Translations under genes and position numbers: made by a program | Shown: positions 28,782 through 40,642 of the stretch, piece after piece | Position numbering within the stretch: the stretch's first letter is position 1 | How the letters are laid out: each line of letters opens with the position of its first letter | Notes under the pieces: generated by a model | The model's database searches: none | The model's input: only the letters and a program-made list of their open reading frames with translations | What the model was told of the DNA's origin: nothing | Source of the DNA: a virus | DNA length: 64,000 nt | IMG/VR virus record: IMGVR_UViG_3300001279_000031 | Coordinates: 1 to 64,000 of that record | Reading direction: 5' to 3' (one strand)

Positions 28782-31700
28782 TGAATAACATGACTTCTTG
28801 CCCAGCATATACAAACAAGCAAGTAAAAGATGAATTTAATGAAATCATCAAAGCTTATGGTGGACAACCAATGAGCAATGAAGAGTTTAAAGATCAGTCG
28901 AAAAGAGATATCAGGACAGGTATCAATAGAAGTGCTATGATAGCGGCTTATAAGGTATGGGACTTAACACAAGGTAATGGTATACGTAGAACACCTCTAG
29001 GATAGCCCTCACAGCTATTTTAGAGCCTTCTAACGCACTTTAATGGTGACCTTGATAAAAGTATAAGGACTAAGGTTAACATGCTGTCAGACGGCTTTAT
29101 AAGCTCATTTGGGTTATACCTGAATGGCTAGTAGTCTACTAAATTAAAATTGGGTGATGACGGTGAACCAACATTTGATAGTTTAAATGATACTAGTATA
29201 TTACAGTCTGAAGAGATGGCCAAAAAAGCTACTAATAATTTTAAAGAAACATTCAAATTAGATAATAATAGTATTAATCAACATATGCTGGATAATACTC
29301 CTTTTACTTATTCAAAAGATATAATAAAATATGTTGTGGATAATCATAAGTTAACTCCGTTACAAAGCAAATACTATGATATGCTAAAAGATAGTAACAT
29401 ACCAATAATGATAAAGCCTCAAATTGGTTATACTACTATGTATACTAGCAGTGATGGATATATATCTTTATGTCCATTAGCATTATCAGAAACTGGCGTT
29501 AAAGATTTATTTGCTTAGGATTTCTTACACGAATTAATACACGCAACATGTTCTAATGCGTTACGGATGGATAATAAAAACGAGGCTCAAAAATAGTTCT
29601 TTAATGAGATAAGTAATCTAAAAAACGAAGCAAATAGAAGTATAAGTAATGAAGAAAAACAGGCATTTCCTGATGATACTTATGGACTTACTAACGAAGA
29701 TGAATTTTTAGCTGAATTTATATCCAATCCATCATTTCGTAACATACTTCGTACTCGTAATCTATTTTAGAAAGGTATAGATGCAATAAAGCATTTGTTT
29801 TTAAATAATGACGATATTCATACTGATTTAATAAACAAGCAAACAGATGAAGATATAAATAAATTTGTAACAGATTCAATAGTGTCATATGCATCTACTT
29901 ATAGAGAAATACCATCACAATATTAGATACCTAGAACAAGAACTGAAATAAATAATGCGAATCAAACAGAATCAAATCCAATACCAAAGAGTGAAATAGA
30001 TAATACATACAATAAGATAATAGATGGTTTAAATAGTATACTTAATATCTTAAAGAAAAGGGAAAATGTGTCTAAGGGTACAATTGATAATATGCGATTA
30101 ACCATAAATAGGTTATAGCGTATGGATGCTAAAACAGGTGTGGTTAAATTTGTTAATGATTTAGCTTAGGAAGTTACAGCGCAAGCATATAATATAGTCA
30201 ATGGTGATAAATTTAAAGATATATCTGCTTCTGAATTGATGAATTTAAGTAATAACTATTTGGGTTTCTATTCGCCGATGATCAAATCTATAAAACGGTT
30301 ATTGGATACTACTCATGACTTTGATGATGTACAAAGTATTAATCCTGATACAAGTTTAAATGATTTTACTAATACCGTAAATTTATTATAGATACGTGTA
30401 TCTACTATTCAAAATGCGTTTGATAATATGGTTAATACAAAAGCTAGACAATGGCTTTTGGATGCAGGTACCAAAAACAATGATCCTAATATCGACAAAC
30501 TGATAAATGATATGGATAATGGGGACAATGATATCAGTTGGATAGGATATATGGTAGGTATGACATCTGCATTAAATAGTACAGCCATTAAGGCTGTAGA
30601 TAATGCAGTTAGAAATTGTAATACCGATACACAACAAGAAACATTGAAATTTGGTAAAAAATTAGTATTTCAATATTCTAAATTACAGAAAAAACACGGT
30701 AAAAATTTTACTAAAATTTATTATGAGCTAGATAAAAATGGTAATCCTACTGGTAATTTTGTACGTGATTTAAATTGGGGACAACATACTATTGATTATA
30801 AACAACTAATGGCTGATTTAACAGGTAAATATAAACTAGAAAGAGATGCTGAAGGATATCCAATAAGACCTGTTTATGGCGATAAAAAATTTGATTAGTT
30901 TTGGAATGATGTTGATGATTGGCATGAAAAACATTCTATACGTAAATATTCAAAAGCATACTACAAACTACAACGTAAAATGATACCAGAAGCTAGAGAA
31001 GCTATCGATGAGATATAGATACGTTAGAATAAAATAATGTAGCATGTATTTCACGATAATGAATATCATACTGAAGAATTAACACAAAGTCAATCCAACC
31101 AATTAGAGGCATTAAAAAAGGAAAGAGCCTAGTTAATGTCTCCTATAAATAAATAGGGAGAATTTAAAACTGGTATAGAAAAGTAGATTTCTGATAATCT
31201 AATTTGGTATAACAAATAGATGACCAACAATCTAAAGTATATTACAGATACAGAAGGATATGAGAGCGCAAGAAAACAAATGGCTGATAAATATGGAAAG
31301 GATAGCGATAAATATAGAATGTGGCTATATCAAAACAGTAGAATGAAGCTTGATGATGACTTGTATAGTAATAATAAATCTGTATATGATTCTTTAGACC
31401 TTAGTGATCCAGTACAAAAAGAATTGTACGATTTAATACAACAAAAAAAAGCAATATTAAAGCCGTATAAAAAAGCATATTCTTTTGGTTATGATTATGA
31501 TATAATGCCACCAGAAAGTAGTCCTTTTAAGGCTAATTTAGGTGCGATAGAATCTAAAATAGATAAATTAAAAGATGTCCTACAAATAAAAGGTGACAAA
31601 TCATTTTTTGATAACTTTGATGTTATTACAGATGCTAGATTTAGTAAACAATACAATGAGGAATAGTTAAAAGCAAAAGCAGCTAAAGAGGATTTTTATC

Positions 31701-33853
31701 AAACTCCTTTTTATTTAAACAATACATATCTCGGATATCACAAAGGTACTGAAGTTCGTAAACTTTTATCAATCCACAAAAACTTAATTCCAAAAAATGT
31801 AAAAAAAATAAAACTAGCCCCTAATTCTGTATGGCAAAAATTAAATCCTGAATCTTTATGGGCAAATCCAAATTATGATCCTAATTCTATTGGTACATTA
31901 CCAAATAGAAAAGTGTATGATAATTCAAAAGCATTTTCACAAGTAAGCAAAAATTAGGAATTATTAGATTTTTATAATCATTTAATAGAATCTAAAAGAT
32001 AGGCAAACAGTTTTATAAGTTTTCTCACAAATGTAGACGATTATTCTATGCCGCAAATGTCTGGTAGATTATGTGCTACTTTAATACGTAATCATAATCA
32101 AATATTTAGTGGTTTAAAATATATGGCAGCTGACTATTTATGGAAAATAAAAGATGATGATATAGATTATATTGAAAAATACGATACTAGACCAGATGGT
32201 ACATCAATAAAATCAGTACCAACCAGATTTATACATCCACTGGAAGATCCTAGCAAAATTACTACTGACTTAATAGGTTCTATGATAGAGTATTATAATA
32301 TGGCTGATAATTTTAAGAACAAAACTAAAATAGCAAATGATTTAGAAGTTGTATTAAGTAAGGTAAAACAAACAAGTTATACCAAAAATGGTAAACATAA
32401 AAATGTTACAAATGCTGCTGCAAGATTAGAAAAGTATATGGATATGTTCGTTTATGGTAAAAGAACCGATGATATGGAAGTATCGATTGGAAGTCATAAA
32501 ATAAATTTATCAAAGTTTTTAAGCAAGGTTATTTCATATACAGGAACTGTTAATTTAGCAGAAAATGTATGGCCTATGGCTTAGAATATGCTTTCAGGTG
32601 GTACTTTATTAGCAATGGAATCTGCATTAGGAAGATATTTTCATATTAGAGATTTAAAGTTTGCAAAGAAAATATACAATGCATCATTACCAAATATGGT
32701 TTAGCATTTAGGTGATAAAACTCACATTAATAAATTATTAAGTGCTGTAGAATACAATAATATAAGTAGAGATACACAAGAGATATTTAGTAGACTTGAT
32801 TCTTCCCCATTATTAAGAGCTATAAACAGTCATTTTTGGTATAATGGATATAATATGGGAGATTACTTTATGAAATCATAGACTGTGGCATCAATATACC
32901 ACAGTTATAGGTTATGTACAAACAGTGATGGTAGTAAATAGTTTTTAAACGAAACATAGTTCATAGATAAAAATTATCCTACTAATAAAAATGAAGGTAC
33001 TAGAGTGTTTACGTCTTTTTAGACAACCCTTTGGGATGCATATGATCCCGATGAAACCAACTATTTTACAATTAATGAAAAATATAAGCAGTATATCAGT
33101 AGAGATTTCGAACATATGATAAAAAATAAATCAGAAGATTTATGTGGTAGAATAGATGGTAGTATACCAGAAACAGATAAAGCCACAATCCACGCAAATC
33201 CAATTGGTAAATTCCTTGTTCAACATAGAAATGTTTATGTAAACTTTATACACAATAGAATAAAACCAAGACAATTTAATTATAATACATAGGAAACAGA
33301 AGAAGGTACGTTTAGAACATTAGCACATTTTATTAGTAATTTATTTTCTAGTGGAAGATTTAATATAATAAAGTCTGGTATAAATAATTACTCTAAATTG
33401 AAATCTTTTGAAAAATATGCACTTCGTAAAGTAATGCTAGAAATGTCTGCTATTGCAGTAGCCGTTATGATAACAACATTAGGTTTAATACCTTGGGCTG
33501 ATGCTGATAAAGATAGTTGGAGTAAATAGGCATTATCTTATTTAGCACTACGTTCATCTTTTGATTTAATGACAATGTATAATCCTATAGATGTTGCAAA
33601 TACATTTTAGTCACCTACGGCATCAATAACATCTTTATCTAATTTATTTAGTTTTATTAAGTTGTTTTGGATACCTGGTTACTTTGCATAGAATACGCCA
33701 TTTTCAGAAGTATCCACAGGACCATACGAAGGATTACCAAAAATTGCTAGATCGTTTATAAAAGCTACACCAGTACGTGAACTTATAGAATTACCATATG
33801 CTGCAACGATTAGAGCAAAAAGAAATTATTTGGAGAACCAATTAATGTTCTAA
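28781..33853 (+). CDS. Large virion cargo protein (~1690 aa) with zincin-like metallopeptidase motif
   Basis: Fragments 28781-32584 in one frame; HELIH at 29528-29542 followed by YGLTNEDEFLAE; ends TAA 33851-33853. Confidence 0.78.
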
Positions 33854-33909
33854 TAAAATTCTATCTTGAATCCTAGATTTATAGGATAGCAAATAAAAAA
33901 TTAAATATT

Positions 33910-33944
33910 GCGTCTGAGTACAATTGTATTTGGACGCTTTTTTT
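33910..33944 (+). terminator. Rho-independent terminator of the late operon
   Basis: GCGTCTGAGTAC-AATT-GTATTTGGACGC hairpin followed by T7. Confidence 0.75.
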
Positions 33945-33949
33945 GTATA

Positions 33950-33980
33950 AAAGTAAAGCCCCATGATTTCTCATAGGGCT
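33950..33980 (-). terminator. Probable terminator of the converging replication operon
   Basis: Minus strand AGCCCTATGA-GAAA-TCATGGGGCT followed by TTACTTTT. Confidence 0.6.
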
Positions 33981-34026
33981 AAACTAATTATTAAATAAAA
34001 TATATACTATGGCAAATAGTATTTCT

Positions 34027-34500
34027 TTATACCATATCAAAAGCTATATCAGTTTTTTCATTAAAAATTGTAATATAGTCTTCAATAGGTAGAATATCTT
34101 TTTTTAATGGTATTGGTAAATGATAATGAAAATAATCACATATGTTATCACCATGATAAAAATATAATATGTGTGATTCTGACGAAGCACTTATATTTGG
34201 TATGCCATTTAAAATATTTTTTACATCTTGGCTATTTTCTAAATTACGTATAAAGGCATATTCTTTATACCATATACCTTTAATACATATATCATATTTA
34301 TTATAAAATGTTTTTAAATGTGTTAATATATTATCAACACAAAATGGTATATTTTTATATAATAGGAATATATGATTGTTTAAGTATGGTCTATTAATAT
34401 CTTCTAAATAAGCATTAACAAATCCGCAATCACTTTTAATGAATTCATTACTTATCGCTGAATCAACTATCGGTAGTATCATCTTTGTTATTATTTCCAT
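34027..34500 (-). CDS. Hypothetical protein
   Basis: 157-aa ORF overlapping the upstream nuclease gene. Confidence 0.65.
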   Translation of the reverse strand: MEIITKMILPIVDSAISNEFIKSDCGFVNAYLEDINRPYLNNHIFLLYKNIPFCVDNILTHLKTFYNKYDICIKGIWYKEYAFIRNLENSQDVKNILNGIPNISASSESHILYFYHGDNICDYFHYHLPIPLKKDILPIEDYITIFNEKTDIAFDMV

Positions 34501-35500
34501 AATCTAATTTTAATAATTCACTTCCATCGCCATCATAATATTCTTTTGTATGATCCCATTTATTATATTTTTGATGCCATGCTATTGCAGTAGTGGCATT
34601 ATTTATTATCGCAATTCTGTTGTCTAACTGCTTTTCTGTTATATCAAATACTCTAATAGTACCGTACAACGAACTTATTGCAATAATATATGTATTAAAT
34701 TTCCATTCATCTATATTAATATCTAATTTTCTAATATTTTTTAGATACCAAAATATAGCCATCCAATAATATGATAATTGTCTACAGTAATCGTAGGTTA
34801 CCATACTATGACCAAAATCATTTATATTTGATGTTGTCTTTAAATCAATTAATGTTATTTCTTTCTTAGATAAATTAAACAATACTCTATCTAACAAAGA
34901 TTTACACGGTAATGTATAATCAAGAGTTTTAATTGGTAAATCCCAATTTATTTGAAACTCATTATGTGCTTCTTCAAAATTTTTATCATTTAATAAATAA
35001 GAAGCTAATTTATGTTCAGATATATTAGTAAATATCTTATCTATTAATGTTTTAGTAGCAAAAGATATACTCTTTTTACTATCATTTAAACTATTTATAA
35101 AATCTTTTAATTCTATTTCTAGTTTTTTAGCCTTATCTAATACAACCTTATCTGTTTGTTTTGTTGATGTAGTATAAGCTAAATTATAAGCATTGATTAA
35201 TGCTTTATCGTGTATTATTTCTTTAGAGTTATTTAGTTCATCTACGAATATCTTCTGCTGATTTGACTTTGGTTTAGTAATATTTCTTACTTGATATGTT
35301 TTACTATATTCATTGGGTTGAAGTATAGCCATGTGAATAAGAGTACCGGTACTTAAATACGAAGTTTCAATATCAATGCCCTTACCAGTTAACATATTAT
35401 GTAAATAAGTTGGTCCATGTTTAATAAACCAACCTATATTACTATTACTTATCCGTGTCATATCTTCATAATACGGTATTGTAAATTCTTGTTTTTTCAT
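34463..35500 (-). CDS. PD-(D/E)xK exonuclease (RecE/ExoVIII-like)
   Basis: ISNS..GTLIHMAILQP..KSLLDRV..IDLKTT..YDYCRQLSYY. Confidence 0.8.
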   Translation of the reverse strand: MKKQEFTIPYYEDMTRISNSNIGWFIKHGPTYLHNMLTGKGIDIETSYLSTGTLIHMAILQPNEYSKTYQVRNITKPKSNQQKIFVDELNNSKEIIHDKALINAYNLAYTTSTKQTDKVVLDKAKKLEIELKDFINSLNDSKKSISFATKTLIDKIFTNISEHKLASYLLNDKNFEEAHNEFQINWDLPIKTLDYTLPCKSLLDRVLFNLSKKEITLIDLKTTSNINDFGHSMVTYDYCRQLSYYWMAIFWYLKNIRKLDINIDEWKFNTYIIAISSLYGTIRVFDITEKQLDNRIAIINNATTAIAWHQKYNKWDHTKEYYDGDGSELLKLDYGNNNKDDTTDS

Positions 35501-35763
35501 TTTACTGCTTTATCACTATCATCTTCTTCCGTGTTCATTGTATTTTCTATTATATCCTTAAATGTAGGATTTAAAAATACTCCATCTTCTATAGATAGAA
35601 GATTACCTTTTTCATCGTAAAATTCTTTATTCTTATAGCTACTTAAAAATTTATATACATCATCATTATCAGTTTCATCAATCATTCTAAGTAAGAATTC
35701 TTGATTAAAATAGCTATCTATTATTTCTTTTAATTTAATTGTATTTTCACTCATCTTTTTCAC
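35497..35763 (-). CDS. Hypothetical acidic protein
   Basis: 88-aa ORF with overlaps to both neighbours. Confidence 0.55.
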   Translation of the reverse strand: MKKMSENTIKLKEIIDSYFNQEFLLRMIDETDNDDVYKFLSSYKNKEFYDEKGNLLSIEDGVFLNPTFKDIIENTMNTEEDDSDKAVK

Positions 35764-36550
35764 TTGTTGATATATTCATATCAGTTAACAAATAATCTAA
35801 GTCTTGTTCTGTCATATTATCATGTTCAAATAGACGTATTTCTGTAGTAAAAGCCATAATATTGTCCATGCTTAATAATTTTATATTTTTTATCATAAAA
35901 TCTTTTACTATTTTATGATCTGTAACTATATTAGAATCATTTAATACATTATCTATAAACTTAATATTACTATCTAAACCATACTGTCTAATATAACGAA
36001 TGCGAGAACATCTATCAAACAAATAATTACTCATTCCATTTGAGTTGTTACTTGTCATAATAATTAATTTCTTCCCTGTACCTTGCATTCCATCCAAAAA
36101 TGATAATAAATCATCGCTTTTCCATTTATTATTGCTCTTATCGATTTCATCAAAAATTAATACAGTTTCGTCTGTTATTTTTTTGTAGAAATTTTTTAAA
36201 TTACTTATTTCAACATCTTCGTTTACAATTACTATTGGTAAATCAGAAGCCATAGCTAATTCTTTAGCCATTACTGTTTTACCAGTTCCCTTAATTCCAT
36301 TTAGCAATACACCTGTGGTTTGTGTAGTTGCGTTACGGTAGTAATGTAATACTCGATTTATAAATTTATCATCGTCTTCTTCCTTATACACTTTGTTTGG
36401 TAAATTCAATTTACCATCTTCGATTAAATAAACCGCTCCAGTCCACGGATTGCTTTTACAATCATATATTTTTTTGTTTTCTAACTTCACAAGTAACCCA
36501 TTAGGTTCCGGCGTTAATTTATTATCAACATTTATAAAATTTTGTTTCAT
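35747..36550 (-). CDS. AAA+ ATPase
   Basis: Walker A GIKGTGKT, Walker B LIFDEIDK, LLSFLDG, DRCSRIRY. Confidence 0.88.
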   Translation of the reverse strand: MKQNFINVDNKLTPEPNGLLVKLENKKIYDCKSNPWTGAVYLIEDGKLNLPNKVYKEEDDDKFINRVLHYYRNATTQTTGVLLNGIKGTGKTVMAKELAMASDLPIVIVNEDVEISNLKNFYKKITDETVLIFDEIDKSNNKWKSDDLLSFLDGMQGTGKKLIIMTSNNSNGMSNYLFDRCSRIRYIRQYGLDSNIKFIDNVLNDSNIVTDHKIVKDFMIKNIKLLSMDNIMAFTTEIRLFEHDNMTEQDLDYLLTDMNISTSEKDE

Positions 36551-36941
36551 GTTTGTTATTTTTTAGTTTTTGTATAACTTCATCAATTTGTTTATGATTT
36601 CTAACAATATATAATATAATGTTAGAATTTTGAAGATGCAAAGTATACTTAAATATTTTCCATCGTAATGGAAAGCTATCTGTTATATTTCCTTTACATT
36701 CTATTATAAAGTCCTTACCTACAAAATCAGGTTTATACGTCATTTTTCGTACATTTTCACCTTGATATTCAAATGCAGGTATTAATAGGAAAGATTTTGG
36801 TTCGTAATCTGCTATAATATTATTTAATTTTAATTGTTTATAGCAGTAACCTTCAAGTTTAGATTTAAATTTGATACCATCAATAATTGTTGGTGTCGCA
36901 TTTTTTACTTTTACGTTCTAATTCTTTTTCAGTTGTCTCAT
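36525..36941 (-). CDS. PD-(D/E)xK endonuclease (DUF1064 / T7 endonuclease I-like), 138 aa, TAG at codon 8
   Basis: MRQLKKN*NVKVKNATPTIIDGIKFKSKLE..YKPDFV..IIECKG; the ORF track shows only the 3' 72 aa. Confidence 0.72.
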
Positions 36942-37875
36942 CTAACCATTTTTTAATACAATCAAAGCCATTTACTTTAATTGCATCTGAAATATCTTTT
37001 GCATGATACTTCTTGTTAATAAATATCGCGTTTAAGCCTGTTTTAAAGCTCTGTAAGCGCGTTTCTCTTACTCCGGTAACATCTCTATCAAACAAGATAA
37101 AAACGTTGTTAAATCGCTTTAAAATGCGTTTTAAGACTATATCTGGTATAAATGTAGTTTCACTACTTACTGATATAGCGGCATAACCTAATTCATATAA
37201 TGCCATTACATCTTTTAATGATTTTGTTATAAACAGGATATTACCAGATTTAGGTAATTGTTTATAACCTTGAATATCATATTCTGTTAAATTATTACGC
37301 CATTTTGTTTTTTTATTAGCTAATGGTCTATATATCTTAAAATGATTATATACTTTATACGAATACATAGGACAATCATCGCGATATGTAAATTTAACTA
37401 TACCATTACATAAATAATATTTAATACTATTTACATTAAATTTCTTTAGTGTGTTTATAGATATATTAAACTGTTGCCAATATTTTATATCGATATCTGT
37501 AAATTCCTGTCTAACTACTCCAATCAATGATTCTGACGGTTGTTCATAATGTTGAATTTCATGATACTTTGGTCGTATATCAATATTTGTATCTTTTGAT
37601 ATACGATGTAGAATCTGTTTAAAATCTTTTATACCTGTTATTTTACTAACAAAAGATATTATATTACCACATTCACCAGTTCCATGATCTTTGTACATAA
37701 GATTCCCCCGTTTACCAACATATATGGCAAACGAGGGATTTTTGTCTTTTCTAAAAGGAGATCTATATAACTTACCAATCTGAAAATCTTTAAAATATGT
37801 TTTATATATGTCATATTCTGAGATTTTTGTTAGTATATCATTATATTCTAAATTTATATTATTTGTATCATACAT
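36880..37875 (-). CDS. dnaG: DNA primase (DnaG-like, Toprim)
   Basis: SPFRKDKNPSF..YKDHGTG N-terminal domain; ITKSLKDVM..LFDRDVTG..KDISD Toprim motifs. Confidence 0.82.
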   Translation of the reverse strand: MYDTNNINLEYNDILTKISEYDIYKTYFKDFQIGKLYRSPFRKDKNPSFAIYVGKRGNLMYKDHGTGECGNIISFVSKITGIKDFKQILHRISKDTNIDIRPKYHEIQHYEQPSESLIGVVRQEFTDIDIKYWQQFNISINTLKKFNVNSIKYYLCNGIVKFTYRDDCPMYSYKVYNHFKIYRPLANKKTKWRNNLTEYDIQGYKQLPKSGNILFITKSLKDVMALYELGYAAISVSSETTFIPDIVLKRILKRFNNVFILFDRDVTGVRETRLQSFKTGLNAIFINKKYHAKDISDAIKVNGFDCIKKWLDETTEKELERKSKKCDTNNY

Positions 37876-37884
37876 TTTATGATA

Positions 37885-38673
37885 TTAATAATTATAATAT
37901 TTTCTAAATTCTTGTACACTTTTTTTCTTATAATAATCCGCAGATACGGGCATACCGGGTTCACCAAATTGCTCTTTTATTGGTAGTTCCCATACTCTAT
38001 TCTAATATTTAGTAATACATTTATCATGTTCTTCATTCCATGCTTGATTATAAAACCCATCAGAATAATGTCCAACATCTATTTTATAAGTAGTACCTAT
38101 TTTTGCACCTAATTCTAGATTATCAATGCAGAATTCAACATCATAAAAATGGAATCCCTTTATCCAATCTTCATCATATTTAGTTTTTAACTATTTACGA
38201 TTTATCATCATAAAAAAACCATCAACACATACAGATGGAACTATATCTTCATGACGATAATTTGGAGCAAACATAACTATCATAGGTTTAGTCTTTTTAC
38301 GATGTAAATCGTTTTTTCTAAACTATATTAATCCACCTAATGGTATTCCACTTTTTCCTAACCAACTACCACAATCAAATTTATTACTACCCACAGCTCC
38401 TAATATTGCATAATCTGGATGTTCTGTAAATAGATCTTCGATTATTTTATTCCATCCATTAGTTAATAATATTATATCGTTGTGACATAATAATATAATA
38501 TCATTTGGAGATTCTTTTATAACTTCGTTATATGCCTAGCAAATAGTTTTACCATTTGATTTATTACAAATCTTTGGTATTATATTTATTTCACCATCTG
38601 CTGTCTACTTTAAATTGTCTAAAAATTCTGTATCTTTAGATAAATCTGGTGTACAAAACGCTACTGTTATCAT
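37885..38673 (-). CDS. Glycosyltransferase family 2-like protein, 262 aa, 5 in-frame TAG; missing from the ORF track
   Basis: IC*AYNEVIKES..IILLCHNDI..ILGAVG..VDGFFMM..GFHFYDVEFC..HYSDG; fills the gap between SSB and primase; ends TAA. Confidence 0.78.
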
Positions 38674-38687
38674 TGTTTTATTTATTA

Positions 38688-38722
38688 TGGTAGTATAGGA
38701 AGCGATCAAACTTCCTATACTT
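38688..38722 (-). other. tRNA minihelix-like hairpin ending in ACCA
   Basis: Minus strand AGTATAGGAAG-TTTGATCG-CTTCCTATACT-ACCA (11-bp perfect stem). Confidence 0.45.
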
Positions 38723-38743
38723 ATTATATTCTTAAATATTTAT

Positions 38744-39352
38744 TTAAAACGGTAGTTCTGATGCTTTAGTTCCATCAGTTGTCTCTGTCTTAATATCCTC
38801 GTTTACTTTTTCTTCTTTGTCTTCAACAATGGGGCGTTCAAATATATCAAAATCTTTTTTCTCGATAGTAGATGGATTAACAGACATTGGCTCAATGAAT
38901 GTATATTTACTACTATTTGGAAATTGCTTATAACCACGTTTGTTATAAACTATTTTAATACGTACAGGTACATTCTCAACAGTACCGTCAATTACATTGT
39001 TTAACAAATCACTTATCCATGAACATAATTCACTAAACGTACTTACGTTTATATTTAGTTTATCTTCTGAATAATAACATTTTAATATTTGTAATATTCT
39101 AGACAATTGTCTATTTTGACGATCCTGAAATGCAGTATCTGTTTGATTTGCAATCTTACGAGGTTCCCATTCGGTGTTTATAAATGTTGCACCGTCTTTT
39201 TCAAATGTAAATTCGATAAATGAATTATTATTAATACTTTTATCTACACGTACTTTCGATAATTTAACATTCTCTTGAATTCCTGCTGAAAGAAATAAAG
39301 AATTATCTCTTTCGTTATCAACTTGTTTTATTGCTTCTACTGAACTATACAT
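38744..39352 (-). CDS. Probable single-stranded DNA-binding protein
   Basis: Acidic C-terminal tail ending ELPF; adjacent to a Sak4-like ATPase. Confidence 0.6.
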   Translation of the reverse strand: MYSSVEAIKQVDNERDNSLFLSAGIQENVKLSKVRVDKSINNNSFIEFTFEKDGATFINTEWEPRKIANQTDTAFQDRQNRQLSRILQILKCYYSEDKLNINVSTFSELCSWISDLLNNVIDGTVENVPVRIKIVYNKRGYKQFPNSSKYTFIEPMSVNPSTIEKKDFDIFERPIVEDKEEKVNEDIKTETTDGTKASELPF

Positions 39353-39357
39353 AATTA

Positions 39358-40113
39358 TTAATTTAGATTTGGTTTAAATATTTTATCCCAATAAGTAGTG
39401 ATTTGTACATCACCATTCTCATTGATTTGTGACTCTGCTAGAGTTATTTCTTTTCCAGCTAAATGTGAAGCCCTGGCTTGTGAAATTAATCCACCGCCCT
39501 TAAAGCTAACAATAGTTTTATTATTTTTTCTATAAACATATCCAACAGCATCCGCTTCGCCTTCAACAATTCTAGCTAGTTTACCAACTAAGTCTAAATC
39601 CATTTTAGTGACTTCTTCGCCATCTTCATTTATATTTATATCTTTTGTATGACCAATTAATATAAATTCATCACACAAACCTTGAAATGTATGCAGCATT
39701 TCTTTAACTGCTGTTCTTATCCAAGGCCAACCACCACCATGTTCCATAGTACGAATGTCAGTACCTTTATAGTTTTTACCTTGCGGTGTTCGCCTATAAA
39801 GTTCTATTGCATAGTCCATACATATTTCTTCTAGTGCTGTAGAATTATCTATTGTTATACGTTTGTATACGTTATGCCCCGCTTCTTTATTTTTCAAATA
39901 TATAGCATTTGCTATTTCTTTTAAATGTTCAGCTGTTCTAGCTTGGACTGCTACTGCATCCATAAATTGAGAGCCACCTTCTAAATCTATAATTAAATTG
40001 TTATCTAATTTAGCAGCTAGCGTTGTTTTACCAGTTTTTGGTAAACCAAACAAAATCAAGAATCGAGGATTTTGTATTTTAGCCTTTATAGGCTCTGTTG
40101 GTAATATTAGCAT
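39358..40113 (-). CDS. AAA_24 / Sak4-like ATPase
   Basis: GLPKTGKTT, IIDLEGG, ITIDNST, ILIGH, ADAVGY. Confidence 0.82.
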   Translation of the reverse strand: MLILPTEPIKAKIQNPRFLILFGLPKTGKTTLAAKLDNNLIIDLEGGSQFMDAVAVQARTAEHLKEIANAIYLKNKEAGHNVYKRITIDNSTALEEICMDYAIELYRRTPQGKNYKGTDIRTMEHGGGWPWIRTAVKEMLHTFQGLCDEFILIGHTKDININEDGEEVTKMDLDLVGKLARIVEGEADAVGYVYRKNNKTIVSFKGGGLISQARASHLAGKEITLAESQINENGDVQITTYWDKIFKPNLN

Positions 40114-40164
40114 AATTTTATTTGTTTATTATTTATACTACCTTTGAAATTTTTGCTATATTTG

Positions 40165-40617
40165 TTAAATTATATAAAACGATTTGTGTTTTTTTATTTT
40201 AATTATAATGTCAATTACTTCACGATTTACAATACGATGATTGCTATTCATGTATAACGACATTGGAAAATATTTACGAGGAATTAGGTCATAACCTACT
40301 TGTACAAAATCACCACGATCTTTTACTGGTGTATTACCAAGCATAAAATCATAGTCGTCATGTCCTTCTGTAAAATTATTACCTTCAAAATAAATATATA
40401 AATCTTTATCTTTGTTTGTGGTCTTATGTGGATCACCGAAGATACCAATAATATCTTCTAAATTATATTTAGGAATTAAATTCATATTTTTATTAGTGTC
40501 CATATATGGATATTTATTAAATATATTTGTTAACAGCATTTCATTCAATGCGTTATTATCACTAATATTATTACTATTATTGCCTTTATTTTCTACTTTA
40601 AATGTATATTCTTTCAT
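40165..40617 (-). CDS. Hypothetical protein
   Basis: 150-aa ORF in operon. Confidence 0.6.
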   Translation of the reverse strand: MKEYTFKVENKGNNSNNISDNNALNEMLLTNIFNKYPYMDTNKNMNLIPKYNLEDIIGIFGDPHKTTNKDKDLYIYFEGNNFTEGHDDYDFMLGNTPVKDRGDFVQVGYDLIPRKYFPMSLYMNSNHRIVNREVIDIIIKIKKHKSFYII

Positions 40618-40642
40618 ATTGCTAAAATTTTTTAATTGGTAC

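Noticed and set aside
3426-33853. Mass pseudogenisation or sequencing error as the cause of fragmented ORFs
   Set aside because: In the stretches I read, interruptions are exclusively in-frame TAG with no frameshifts, and catalytic motifs are intact
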